64,000 nucleotides of DNA from a virus. A program made the translations under genes and the position numbers. Positions 1 through 7,908 of this stretch are shown here, one piece after another. The notes below the pieces were generated by a model. That model made no database searches. It was not told the origin of the DNA and worked only from the letters and a program-made list of their open reading frames with translations. The stretch lies in the IMG/VR virus record IMGVR_UViG_3300042508_000428; one strand, given 5' to 3'. Each line of letters opens with the position of its first letter. The first letter of the stretch is position 1.

Positions 1-2
1 AT

Positions 3-1031
3 GAGCAAGACGATGAATCAAGAGGTGGTAGAGGAACTGTAGCAGACGATGAATCAAGAGGTGGTAGAGGAACTGTAGCAGACGATGAATCAAGAGGTGG
101 TAGAGGAACTGTAGCAGACGATGAATCAAGAGGTGGTAGAGGAACTCCAGTCGTAGTAAGACCAAAATCTAAATGGAAAAGATGTCCAGGTCCAGATTTA
201 AAGAGAGGTTGTAAAGGCGATAATGTAGAAGAACTACAACAAAAAATAATTGATAAAGGTATTCCCTTGCGTTTTGGAGCCGATGGTAAATTTGGTAAAC
301 ATACTGAAGCTGCTTTGAAAGAATATCAAGAAAAGATAGGAGCACAAGTAACAGGTAAATACGACGATCAAACTATAGCAAAAGAAGCACAACCAGCAAC
401 AGCAGCAACAGGAGCAGCAGCAACAGCAGCACCAGCACAATCAGCAGCACCAGCACAATCAGCAGCACCAGCACAACCAGCAGCACCAGCACAATCAGCA
501 GCACCAGCACAATCAGCAGCACCAGCAACAGTAGGCAGTGGATCAGCTACGCCAGAAAAAGAAAAAGAGAAAAAAGTAACATTAAATGATCTAAATGTAG
601 CATTTGATGAATTAAATGAAACAGTTGGACAATCCGCATCAAGTTATAAATTAGGTAAAGAAAGTTTTATGGATTTACCAAAACTTTTTGTTGCTTATTT
701 AATGAAAGAAGGAAATTCAGGTAAAGAAGCAGTAAAAAAAGCAAAAGAAATATTTGGAAAAAATGGTGAAAAATATAAAAAATTAATAATGTTTAGAGTC
801 GGAGGAATGAGTCGCTCACAAAGCGATGAAAGAGAACAATTTGAAAAGCAAGTGGCAAAAGAAGTTGGAATTAGTTTTGGAAAACTTTTTTCAATGAAAC
901 TTTCTGATATTTATCCATCTCTTTTTGAAGAATCTAAAATACACAAAAATTATTTTATTGATCCAATAAAAAATAGACATAATCAAGTTGAAAAACTCGT
1001 ATTTGAAAGATTGGTGAAAGTATGCAAGTAG
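3..1031 (+). CDS. 5'-truncated protein with 12-aa DDESRGGRGTVA repeats, a PG_binding_1-like peptidoglycan-binding domain, an Ala/Pro/Gln/Ser linker and an unknown C-terminal domain
   Basis: Frame 3 is open from base 3, so the track ORF 267..1031 extends past the window edge. Translation LKRGCKGDNVEELQQKIIDKG...ADGKFGKHTEAALKEYQEKIG..VTGKYDDQT fits the PG_binding_1 pattern. Confidence 0.75.
   Translation, partial: EQDDESRGGRGTVADDESRGGRGTVADDESRGGRGTVADDESRGGRGTPVVVRPKSKWKRCPGPDLKRGCKGDNVEELQQKIIDKGIPLRFGADGKFGKHTEAALKEYQEKIGAQVTGKYDDQTIAKEAQPATAATGAAATAAPAQSAAPAQSAAPAQPAAPAQSAAPAQSAAPATVGSGSATPEKEKEKKVTLNDLNVAFDELNETVGQSASSYKLGKESFMDLPKLFVAYLMKEGNSGKEAVKKAKEIFGKNGEKYKKLIMFRVGGMSRSQSDEREQFEKQVAKEVGISFGKLFSMKLSDIYPSLFEESKIHKNYFIDPIKNRHNQVEKLVFERLVKVCK
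9..146 (+). repeat. 36-bp coding tandem repeat, about 3.8 copies (GACGATGAATCAAGAGGTGGTAGAGGAACTGTAGCA)
   Basis: Copies start at 9, 45, 81 and 117 with no spacers; in frame with the ORF. Confidence 0.97.
426..527 (+). repeat. 18-bp coding tandem repeat, about 5.7 copies (GCAGCACCAGCACAATCA = AAPAQS)
   Basis: Copies at 426, 444, 462 (variant), 480, 498 and a partial copy at 516. Confidence 0.95.
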
Positions 1032-1282
1032 ATTATCATAAAATGACAAAAGATTTTCTATTGGGCGAAAAGAAAGAGCCTACCCTAATGGAATATTTAA
1101 GTGTAATTTCAGAAATGGTTGATCATTTTAAACCATCATCTGTTTCCGAATCTTCTCGTCTTGCTGTTATGAGAGAAAATCTCCGTAAAGCAAGAAAACA
1201 TGCAAGATTAATGGAAGAAAGATTAAAAGTATTAGAAGAACAAGTTAAAATTATTGAAGAAGCCAAAGAAGATGAAGAATGA
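1022..1282 (+). CDS. hypothetical coiled-coil protein
   Basis: 86-aa ORF overlapping both neighbours; helical, charged C-terminus. Confidence 0.7.
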   Translation: MQVDYHKMTKDFLLGEKKEPTLMEYLSVISEMVDHFKPSSVSESSRLAVMRENLRKARKHARLMEERLKVLEEQVKIIEEAKEDEE

Positions 1283-3369
1283 GCGGACTAACAGGACACA
1301 TAGATCATTTATACGAAGACCCAAATCTTACTCTTGAAGATATTGTAAAAATATATCGAAAAATTGCTAATAATTCAAAAGAAATACCTGTCTATGAAAA
1401 ACTAGACGGATACAATATTTATTTGTCTTATTCTGCTAAAGAGAATAAAGCAAAATTATTAAGAAATAATGGTCAAATTAAAACAGGTGGTATAACCTTA
1501 CAAGAATTAAAGAGTGAATTTACTACAAACAGAATTCAAGCAGGAAAGAGACCCGTTCCTACAAATGTTGTTTCTGTGTATACAAACTTAATTGGATTTT
1601 TTGAAAAAATTGTACCACAAGTGTTTACATCTCCAGAACAAAAGAAATTAGTATTCGGAGAAGATGTTTCTGGCAATCCACAATTCTTTTTTAATGCAGA
1701 ATTAATTGATCCATATGCTCCAAATGTTATAAAATATGATCGTAAAATGATTATTTTCCACAAATTGGGAAATGTTAAAATTGATGCTGAAAAAGGTTCG
1801 ATTATTGCTTCTGATACTGATGAAGTCAATTTAAGATTTAATGAACTATCTAAGATTTTTGGAGATAGTAGCAAAGAAAACGGCATACAAATAACAGACG
1901 ACAAAGAATCCAAGATGGATCTTGTAAATATGCCAAAACTCGAAGAAGAACTTGGTAAATTACGATCTGAGTTTAGAAGATTTGGCTTAGATATGAATGA
2001 TACTGTCGGACAGTATTTTATTAAATCTATAGAAAAATATTTGGTAGATAAAAAACTAAATTTAGATAACCACCAAACAGAGTTTGTTGTTAAATCAGTT
2101 TTATCCGCTGGATTTGGTCCAAAGCACGTTAAGAAACCACGAATAAATAAGTTTTTTACAACAAACAGTATGCAGGACAGTGGTAAAATTAAAGAATTAA
2201 CAAATGAAGAACCTGCGAGAGATATTTTCAAACAGTTAAGATCTCCAATAGATAAAACAATCTTTAATTGCTCGTCTATTCTTCTGGATATGTACGAGAG
2301 CAGATACATAACAGATAATAAACAAACGGCAGATGATATTATTAAACTTGTAAATAATGCGATTGAAAATATAAACAACAAAGGAACCGCCGAGCAGAAA
2401 AACAAACTAAATAAACAACTGGATAAACTAAAGCATAATACAATCGGGTTTAAAGAACTTGTAAACAATCCAGTTGAGGGAGTTGTGTTCCGCTATAAAG
2501 ACCACACTTACAAGATAACATCAACTTTTGGTCCTGTCAACCAGATTATTAATATGAGCAACTTTGAATACAAATCATTAAACGAAAATAAAACAATTGA
2601 AGCAAATGGAATGAAAGTTTTGTATGCAGGAGCATTTAAACCACCTCACCGTGGTCATTTGCAGGTTATTAAGAGTTTTATTGAACTACCAAAATATAAT
2701 AATAAGAACTTTGTAGTTGAAAAAGTAATTATTATAGTAGGAGACAAAGCAAGATTTTCTACTTCTAATCAAGAGTTCCCATTAAAACAATCAATGGAGT
2801 TGTTTAAACTATATCTTGATGCTGCGGGGTTGCAAGACTTAGTTGAACTAAGAGTAACAAAGCGGGAAAATCCTGTCAAGGATGTCTACGATTATATCGC
2901 AAATTCTGACAACGATCTTGACAAGGCACAACCTGGTGATGTAATCTTATTAGGAGTAAGTAGAAAAGATCGCGGGTACTATTCTAACTTATCAAAATTT
3001 GTAAAAGATAAACCTTGGCAAATTCTGTTCGGAGAAGATTATGAGATTCCAGTTGCCTTAAAAGGCGATAAAGATGAAAAAAGAGACATACTAGGCGAAT
3101 ACGCTTCAACAGAATTTAGAAACGCCATATCAAATAATGACTTAGAAACAATTAAAGAGTATCTACCAGAAGAAATTTTATCTTCACCAGAATATTTAAA
3201 GAGAGCATATAATATTCTTGGTGTTCAAGCAGAAATGGAAGAACTCAAAGAATCATCTATTATTAATTTAATAAACAAAGAATTAACTAAACCTCAACCA
3301 ATTCAACCAAAATTAAACCTTGGAGATCTAATTAGTAGAGTGAATAGTATTTATAATAAGAGGATATAA
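1279..3369 (+). CDS. fusion of an ATP-dependent ligase-fold nucleotidyltransferase domain and a HIGH-family (cytidylyltransferase-like) domain
   Basis: Ligase motifs EKLDG (KxDG), FNAELI, EGVVFR and YKIT; C-terminal AGAFKPPHRGH (HxGH) and ASTEFR motifs. Confidence 0.7.
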   Translation: MSGLTGHIDHLYEDPNLTLEDIVKIYRKIANNSKEIPVYEKLDGYNIYLSYSAKENKAKLLRNNGQIKTGGITLQELKSEFTTNRIQAGKRPVPTNVVSVYTNLIGFFEKIVPQVFTSPEQKKLVFGEDVSGNPQFFFNAELIDPYAPNVIKYDRKMIIFHKLGNVKIDAEKGSIIASDTDEVNLRFNELSKIFGDSSKENGIQITDDKESKMDLVNMPKLEEELGKLRSEFRRFGLDMNDTVGQYFIKSIEKYLVDKKLNLDNHQTEFVVKSVLSAGFGPKHVKKPRINKFFTTNSMQDSGKIKELTNEEPARDIFKQLRSPIDKTIFNCSSILLDMYESRYITDNKQTADDIIKLVNNAIENINNKGTAEQKNKLNKQLDKLKHNTIGFKELVNNPVEGVVFRYKDHTYKITSTFGPVNQIINMSNFEYKSLNENKTIEANGMKVLYAGAFKPPHRGHLQVIKSFIELPKYNNKNFVVEKVIIIVGDKARFSTSNQEFPLKQSMELFKLYLDAAGLQDLVELRVTKRENPVKDVYDYIANSDNDLDKAQPGDVILLGVSRKDRGYYSNLSKFVKDKPWQILFGEDYEIPVALKGDKDEKRDILGEYASTEFRNAISNNDLETIKEYLPEEILSSPEYLKRAYNILGVQAEMEELKESSIINLINKELTKPQPIQPKLNLGDLISRVNSIYNKRI

Positions 3370-3372
3370 AGA

Positions 3373-4302
3373 ATGTCTAATAAAGTAGAAGAAAAAAAGT
3401 TAAGAATGTTTGTTAGAAAGTATCTTGAACAAAAGCATGTTGAGAGACTAGAAGAACAAAAACAAACATTAAAAGAAGAAAAAATATTAAGAACAGCAAT
3501 TCGTAAATTATTACAAGAAAAAGAATCTGTTGTCCCTGGAGCTTCTACTGGAGAAAATGAACTTGAATCCGTATTAACTGCTATTATTCCTGCTGTTGAG
3601 TCTGACTACAAAAAACTCACAACAAGTGAAGAACAAAGAAAGTCCTATAGAGCACATATTATTCGCGCTGCAATTGATATTCTTTTAGCAGCAGATGCTA
3701 AATTCTCTGCCGAAGAACAAGCAGAAGGTGAGTTAAGTAAAGAAGAGATACCCGCTGCTGTAAAAGCAGATCTTCCACCTGAAGCAACTGAAACTCTACA
3801 AGAACAAGAAGATCTAAAAATTAAAATTGGTGATGATGACGAAGAAGATGACGAAGAAGATGAAAAAATGATCGATGTTGAAACGCAAGGAAAGAAAGAA
3901 GAAAGCGATAAAGCAAAAACTAAAGAAGAACAAACAGAAGAATCCTTTACAATTCCAGGACAAGACTTAACAGGTAGAAATATTGCTTTAAGAACTTGGA
4001 ATAAGAGAGGTATCGGTACAACAATTAAGAATGGTTATAGATTATTAGACAATGCAAAAGATAGAAAAATATTCTTTGATTACTTATTAACGAATCTTAA
4101 ACTTTATTTCGATAAGTTTGAAAAAGAACTACAGGCAACCGTAGCAGAACCAACCACGCCAGCATATGAAAAAATTAAACAGACTGGTCAAAGTTATACT
4201 GGTGGACAGCAAACTGCATTACAAGAAAACAAGAAACCAAGAAAAAAGCTTGTTGAATCAAAAAAATTAAGCGATCAAATTCTCGCTCACTTGTTACGCT
4301 AA
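3373..4302 (+). CDS. acidic hypothetical protein, possibly a head/scaffold-associated protein
   Basis: 309 aa, E/D-rich tracts and several LxE motifs (LKE, LQE, LVE); the function is inferred only. Confidence 0.55.
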   Translation: MSNKVEEKKLRMFVRKYLEQKHVERLEEQKQTLKEEKILRTAIRKLLQEKESVVPGASTGENELESVLTAIIPAVESDYKKLTTSEEQRKSYRAHIIRAAIDILLAADAKFSAEEQAEGELSKEEIPAAVKADLPPEATETLQEQEDLKIKIGDDDEEDDEEDEKMIDVETQGKKEESDKAKTKEEQTEESFTIPGQDLTGRNIALRTWNKRGIGTTIKNGYRLLDNAKDRKIFFDYLLTNLKLYFDKFEKELQATVAEPTTPAYEKIKQTGQSYTGGQQTALQENKKPRKKLVESKKLSDQILAHLLR

Positions 4303-4625
4303 TGTCCTTACTCAAAAAATTAAGAGAAGAAAAAAGATCAAACGAGGAATTTGAGGTGATGTTAAAACACCTAACACTCGAAGAGATATTCTTTTTGCGT
4401 TTAGAATTAGAAAATGAAACTTTTAAAAATAATTTAATGGGTTACAAGTTATATGCTACAATAAAAGAAGTTGTCAGCGAAGGATTATTAAAATTTGCTC
4501 TTGATTTGAAGGGAACAAAGAAAGGAGCAGCAAGATTTCTAGGTTTAGATATTGATACACTAGAAAGAAACATGTATAGATATAAAATACCTGTTAAAAA
4601 CAGAAACAAAAAGAACCCAACTTGA
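4302..4625 (+). CDS. Fis-family (HTH_8-like) DNA-binding protein
   Basis: C-terminal LLKFALDLKGTKKGAARFLGLDIDTLERNMYRYKI matches the Fis HTH pattern AL..G.K..AA..LG....TL. Confidence 0.7.
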   Translation: MSLLKKLREEKRSNEEFEVMLKHLTLEEIFFLRLELENETFKNNLMGYKLYATIKEVVSEGLLKFALDLKGTKKGAARFLGLDIDTLERNMYRYKIPVKNRNKKNPT

Positions 4626-4650
4626 CACAAACTGCATAGAATGCTATTCT
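4622..4650 (+). promoter_or_regulatory. sigma70-type promoter upstream of clpP
   Basis: TTGACA (4622-4627), 17-nt spacer, TG at 4642-43 and TATTCT (4645-4650). It is followed by a GGTCG..CGACC hairpin (4656-4676) and a GAGG RBS (4681-4684). Confidence 0.8.
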
Positions 4651-4688
4651 AAGAGGGTCGAAGAGAAATTCCGACCTAATGAGGTAAA

Positions 4689-5336
4689 ATGAGATCGTAT
4701 TATTGGAACGCAAAGAAGAAGAAAGAAGAAGTTAAACAAGAACCAGAAATTCAACCAGAACAAGTTGTTATTATGTCTTCCGATCAAGGCGGGCCAAATA
4801 ATGGCGTAGAGCACGATGAAAACAAAGTTTATTTCTATTGTCCCGTTGGAGACAGAGAAGTACTTGAACTTAATAAATTGATTAGAAGATTAGATAAAGA
4901 AATGCAGGTTATTGGACTTACATTCAATATTCCACCACCACCAATTGAATTGCATATTCAAAGTGAAGGTGGTTCTGCTTTTGCTGGTATTGCTGCTTAT
5001 GATTGTATTAAAGCTTGCAAAACACCAGTCCATACATATATTGATGGTTGCGCTGCTTCTGCGGCAACTCTTCTGTACCTTGCTGGTAGAAGAAGATACT
5101 TGTATAATAACTCATTCATGTTAATTCACCAAATTTCTACATCTGTCTTGGGTGGAAAATTTGAAGAATTTAAAGATGAACTTAAAAATCAAGAAAAAAT
5201 CATGCATACTGTCAAAAAGATTTACTTGGAAACAAGTAAGATGTCGGAAGAAGAACTTACAGAGTTAATGAAACATGATCTCTGGATGGAATCTGAGACA
5301 ATTATCAAAAACGGCTTTGCCGATGAAATTATTTAA
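4689..5336 (+). CDS. clpP: ClpP-family serine protease
   Basis: SEGGSAFAG, GCAASAAT (catalytic Ser), MLIHQ (His) and HDLWM (Asp). Confidence 0.9.
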   Translation: MRSYYWNAKKKKEEVKQEPEIQPEQVVIMSSDQGGPNNGVEHDENKVYFYCPVGDREVLELNKLIRRLDKEMQVIGLTFNIPPPPIELHIQSEGGSAFAGIAAYDCIKACKTPVHTYIDGCAASAATLLYLAGRRRYLYNNSFMLIHQISTSVLGGKFEEFKDELKNQEKIMHTVKKIYLETSKMSEEELTELMKHDLWMESETIIKNGFADEII

Positions 5337-5347
5337 AGGAGAAAATT

Positions 5348-5551
5348 ATGCTACTAGAAAGACTAAATCAAGTTGTTACTGAACTAACTGCACTACAAGG
5401 TGATGCCGAGAAGGCTGATCGTGGTAATAAAGCTGCTGCTCGTAGAGTTAGAGTTGCCCTGCAAGACGCCAAGAAGTCTCTACAAGAGGTTCGCCAAGCT
5501 TCCTTCGGTGTAGACAGCGGTGAGGGCGTTGCAGAGACTGCAGAGGGTTAA
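5348..5551 (+). CDS. histone H1-like Hc1-family DNA-binding protein
   Basis: DAEKADRGNKAAARRVRVALQDAKKSLQEVRQAS matches the Hc1 GNKAA..R.R signature; GGAG RBS upstream. Confidence 0.75.
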   Translation: MLLERLNQVVTELTALQGDAEKADRGNKAAARRVRVALQDAKKSLQEVRQASFGVDSGEGVAETAEG

Positions 5552-5553
5552 AA

Positions 5554-5727
5554 ATGGGTAAAGTTACCGAGATGATTGAGAAGATCAAGTTAGAAGAAGA
5601 TCTTACAACTCAAGAAGTTTTTAAAAAGTATCCACACCTTGCAGACCTTCAAAAAGAAGAACTCTGGAAAGAATATGAATCAAAAAACTTAAATGAGTCA
5701 AAGAAAAAAGATTTATTGTTGGATTGA
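5554..5727 (+). CDS. 57-aa hypothetical protein missing from the ORF track (MGKVTEMIEKIKLEEDLTTQEVFKKYPHLADLQKEELWKEYESKNLNESKKKDLLLD)
   Basis: Translated by hand; ATG 5554 to TGA 5725-27 fills the gap exactly, 2 nt from each neighbour. Confidence 0.7.
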   Translation: MGKVTEMIEKIKLEEDLTTQEVFKKYPHLADLQKEELWKEYESKNLNESKKKDLLLD

Positions 5728-5729
5728 AA

Positions 5730-5921
5730 ATGGAAGAGAACAAGAAAAAATTTACCCGTTGTCCACTATGTAATAGTGAAGGAACACAACTTGACAACAA
5801 TCCGTTGGTTTGGTATCATTCCTTCACAAACAATCGAGGAGGTCCAGAAACACACAAATGGTCAGTAAGAACTGGTCGGATGTTCAATCTGGAAGCCACC
5901 GAAGATGATACAATTGTTTAA
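5730..5921 (+). CDS. small hypothetical protein with a CxxC motif and two His residues (possible Zn-binding)
   Basis: RCPLCN...WYH...THKW; ATG at 5730. Confidence 0.55.
   Translation: MEENKKKFTRCPLCNSEGTQLDNNPLVWYHSFTNNRGGPETHKWSVRTGRMFNLEATEDDTIV
5791..5819 (+). promoter_or_regulatory. sigma70-type promoter for the lipoprotein gene, embedded in the upstream ORF
   Basis: TTGACA (5791-5796), 17-nt spacer, TG at 5811-12 and TATCAT (5814-5819). Confidence 0.7.
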
Positions 5922-5937
5922 TAAAAGGAGTTTATTT

Positions 5938-6159
5938 ATGAAGAAGTTATTTGTAATGTGTCTAATGGTTGCTTCACTTATCGCTTGCGATAAGGATGAG
6001 CAATCACCAGCAACTGATACAGTATCAGCAGATTCAGTATCGGAAGTTGACGCAGTTGATGTAGCTGACGATGTTTCCGCTGTTGATGCTTCTGTAGATG
6101 TTACTGGAGTAGATTCACCAGATGTTTCCACTTCAACTGATGCTTCTGTCGGTGGTTAA
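5938..6159 (+). CDS. small acidic lipoprotein (signal peptidase II substrate)
   Basis: AAGGAG RBS, then MKK, a hydrophobic stretch and the lipobox LIA-C, followed by a D/S/V/T low-complexity tail. The start is at 5938 rather than 5905. Confidence 0.8.
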   Translation: MKKLFVMCLMVASLIACDKDEQSPATDTVSADSVSEVDAVDVADDVSAVDASVDVTGVDSPDVSTSTDASVGG

Positions 6160-6182
6160 TCTAAAATAAAACGAAAGTTTTG

Positions 6183-6206
6183 GCCCAACTTCGGTTGGGC
6201 TTTTTT
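6183..6206 (+). terminator. Rho-independent terminator
   Basis: GCCCAAC-TTCG-GTTGGGC perfect 7-bp stem with a cUUCGg loop, followed by TTTTTT. Confidence 0.92.
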
Positions 6207-6219
6207 GTTTGGAGGATTT

Positions 6220-6519
6220 ATGGTTTATGAACAAATTGGTAAAGAAATTGGATCGTTGGTTGATAAAAAGAATCAAGCATATGGTTCAGCATTTGATAAT
6301 GCTGGTGATATGTTAAAAATATTATTTCCACAAGGTATTAAACCAGATCAATATGGTGATATGCTTGCGGTTGTGAGAATTTTAGATAAATTATTTAGGA
6401 TTGCAAATGATAAAAATGCTTTTAGTGAAGATCCGTGGCAGGATATTGCGGGTTATGGCATACTTGGCACTTATAACAAAAGGGTCGCAACAATGCCAAG
6501 ACAAACAGATAATGGGTAA
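6220..6519 (+). CDS. Nmad1/DUF1599-like all-alpha protein (nucleotide-modification associated)
   Basis: KKNQAYGSAF...RILDKLFRI...EDPWQDIAGYGIL; GGAGG RBS before ATG 6220. Confidence 0.7.
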   Translation: MVYEQIGKEIGSLVDKKNQAYGSAFDNAGDMLKILFPQGIKPDQYGDMLAVVRILDKLFRIANDKNAFSEDPWQDIAGYGILGTYNKRVATMPRQTDNG

Positions 6520-6526
6520 ATTCTAA

Positions 6527-6534
6527 CTAATTAT
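6527..6534 (+). promoter_or_regulatory. candidate phage late-promoter motif CTAATTAT
   Basis: In the short intergenic gap, 29 nt before ATG 6556; the same motif recurs at 51449 and 56429. Confidence 0.4.
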
Positions 6535-6555
6535 TATATCCACTTGAGAGGAATT

Positions 6556-7908
6556 ATGTCCAAAAAAATCTATGTTCTGGATACGAATTGTTACTTAACA
6601 GACTACGAGGCAATATATAAATTCGGCACTGGAGACATTATCATTCCTCTCAAAGTGTTAGAAGAAGTAGATAAGCACAAGAAGAGGCAGGATGGCGTAG
6701 GTCTTAATGCTAGAAACTTTATTAGAATCCTTGACGAACTAAGAAGCAAGGGTAATTTAAATAAGGGTGTGCGAATCGATAAGGGACTTGGAATTGTTAG
6801 AGCAAGATCTTCTGACCTTAGCACTCTTCCTGCTGACTTTGATCCTAGTCAAGCGGACAATGCCATATTAGCATGTGCATTATCTGAGAAGAGTGAAAAT
6901 CCAGGTAAGAAAGTTATTGTTGTCTCTTTAGACATCAATCTTCGTGTTCGTTGTGATGCATTGGGACTTGAGTGTGAAGCATACACAGAAAATCAAGTAA
7001 TTAAGAAAGCAAACGATATTTATACAGGTTGCTCTAGATTATTGGTTGATGATCAGTTAATTGATAGATTTTATGCTGGTGAGCAAATCTTCCTAGAAGA
7101 AGATGATAATACAAAAGAATTTAAGCCAAATCAATTCGTAATTCTTGTATCTTCTGCTAATGAAAAGAAGACTGGATTATCTAGATTTGTTGCCTTTAAT
7201 AAACCACTTCTCAAAGTTAAAGAATTTGTTAAAGGCAAAGAGGGAACTATATTCGGTTTAACTCCTCGCAACAAAGAACAGCAAATGGCTCTAAATCTCC
7301 TCATGGACGAGTCCGTACCAGTTGTATCTATGATGGGGTCGGCTGGAACTGGAAAGACGCTCCTAGCCATAGCAGCGGCTCTGGAATACGTCATCAATAG
7401 AGAGGACGAAGGACAGAAGTACGAGAAGATTATTGTATCTCGTTCTGTAATGCCAATGGGTAAAGATATCGGTTTCTTGCCCGGCACAATGGAAGAAAAG
7501 ATGGCACCTTGGGTTGCTCCAATCCAAGACAATCTCGATACTCTGTTCAGTAATAAGGCATTCAAGAATCTTGATCCGCTAGAGCACTACAAAGACAAGG
7601 GTATCATTCAGGTTGAGGCTTTGACATATATTCGTGGTCGTTCTTTGAACAATGCTTTTATTATTATCGATGAATGCCAAAACATGAATACGCATGAAAT
7701 TAAAACCGTTCTAACCCGTGTAGGCGAAAACACAAAAATTGTTTTGACTGGTGACATTGAACAAATTGATAATACTTATTTAAATGAAACTACAAACGGT
7801 TTGACTTATGCGATTGAAAAGTTAAAGGGAAGTGAATTAACCGGACACATTAGTTTAACCAAGGGTGAAAGAAGCAAAGTAGCAACATTAGCAGCAAAGT
7901 TATTGTAA
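6556..7908 (+). CDS. phoH: PIN-domain plus PhoH ATPase (PhoH2/YlaK type)
   Basis: PIN acidic residues VLDTN, LEEVD, ADNAIL and SLDINLR; Walker A GSAGTGKT, IRGRS, IIDECQN and LTGDIEQID. Confidence 0.92.
   Translation: MSKKIYVLDTNCYLTDYEAIYKFGTGDIIIPLKVLEEVDKHKKRQDGVGLNARNFIRILDELRSKGNLNKGVRIDKGLGIVRARSSDLSTLPADFDPSQADNAILACALSEKSENPGKKVIVVSLDINLRVRCDALGLECEAYTENQVIKKANDIYTGCSRLLVDDQLIDRFYAGEQIFLEEDDNTKEFKPNQFVILVSSANEKKTGLSRFVAFNKPLLKVKEFVKGKEGTIFGLTPRNKEQQMALNLLMDESVPVVSMMGSAGTGKTLLAIAAALEYVINREDEGQKYEKIIVSRSVMPMGKDIGFLPGTMEEKMAPWVAPIQDNLDTLFSNKAFKNLDPLEHYKDKGIIQVEALTYIRGRSLNNAFIIIDECQNMNTHEIKTVLTRVGENTKIVLTGDIEQIDNTYLNETTNGLTYAIEKLKGSELTGHISLTKGERSKVATLAAKLL

Noticed and set aside
9-146. 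36-bp repeats as a CRISPR array
   Set aside because: The units are contiguous with no unique spacers and translate in frame within a protein; no cas genes were seen.
234-440. Minus-strand poly-Cys ORF (MCWCCCCCC...)
   Set aside because: It is the antisense shadow of the GCA-rich Ala repeat in the + strand gene.
1536-2468. 310-aa minus-strand ORF, and the other minus-strand or nested ORFs in the track (e.g. 7131..7565, 50970..51425, 62496..62768)
   Set aside because: Each lies antisense to, or inside, a motif-bearing + strand gene, has no recognisable motif, and is expected from codon bias.
4656-4676. GGTCG..CGACC hairpin as a tRNA, riboswitch or terminator
   Set aside because: Only a 5-6 bp stem, with no T-tract and no cloverleaf; at most a 5'-UTR stabilising hairpin.
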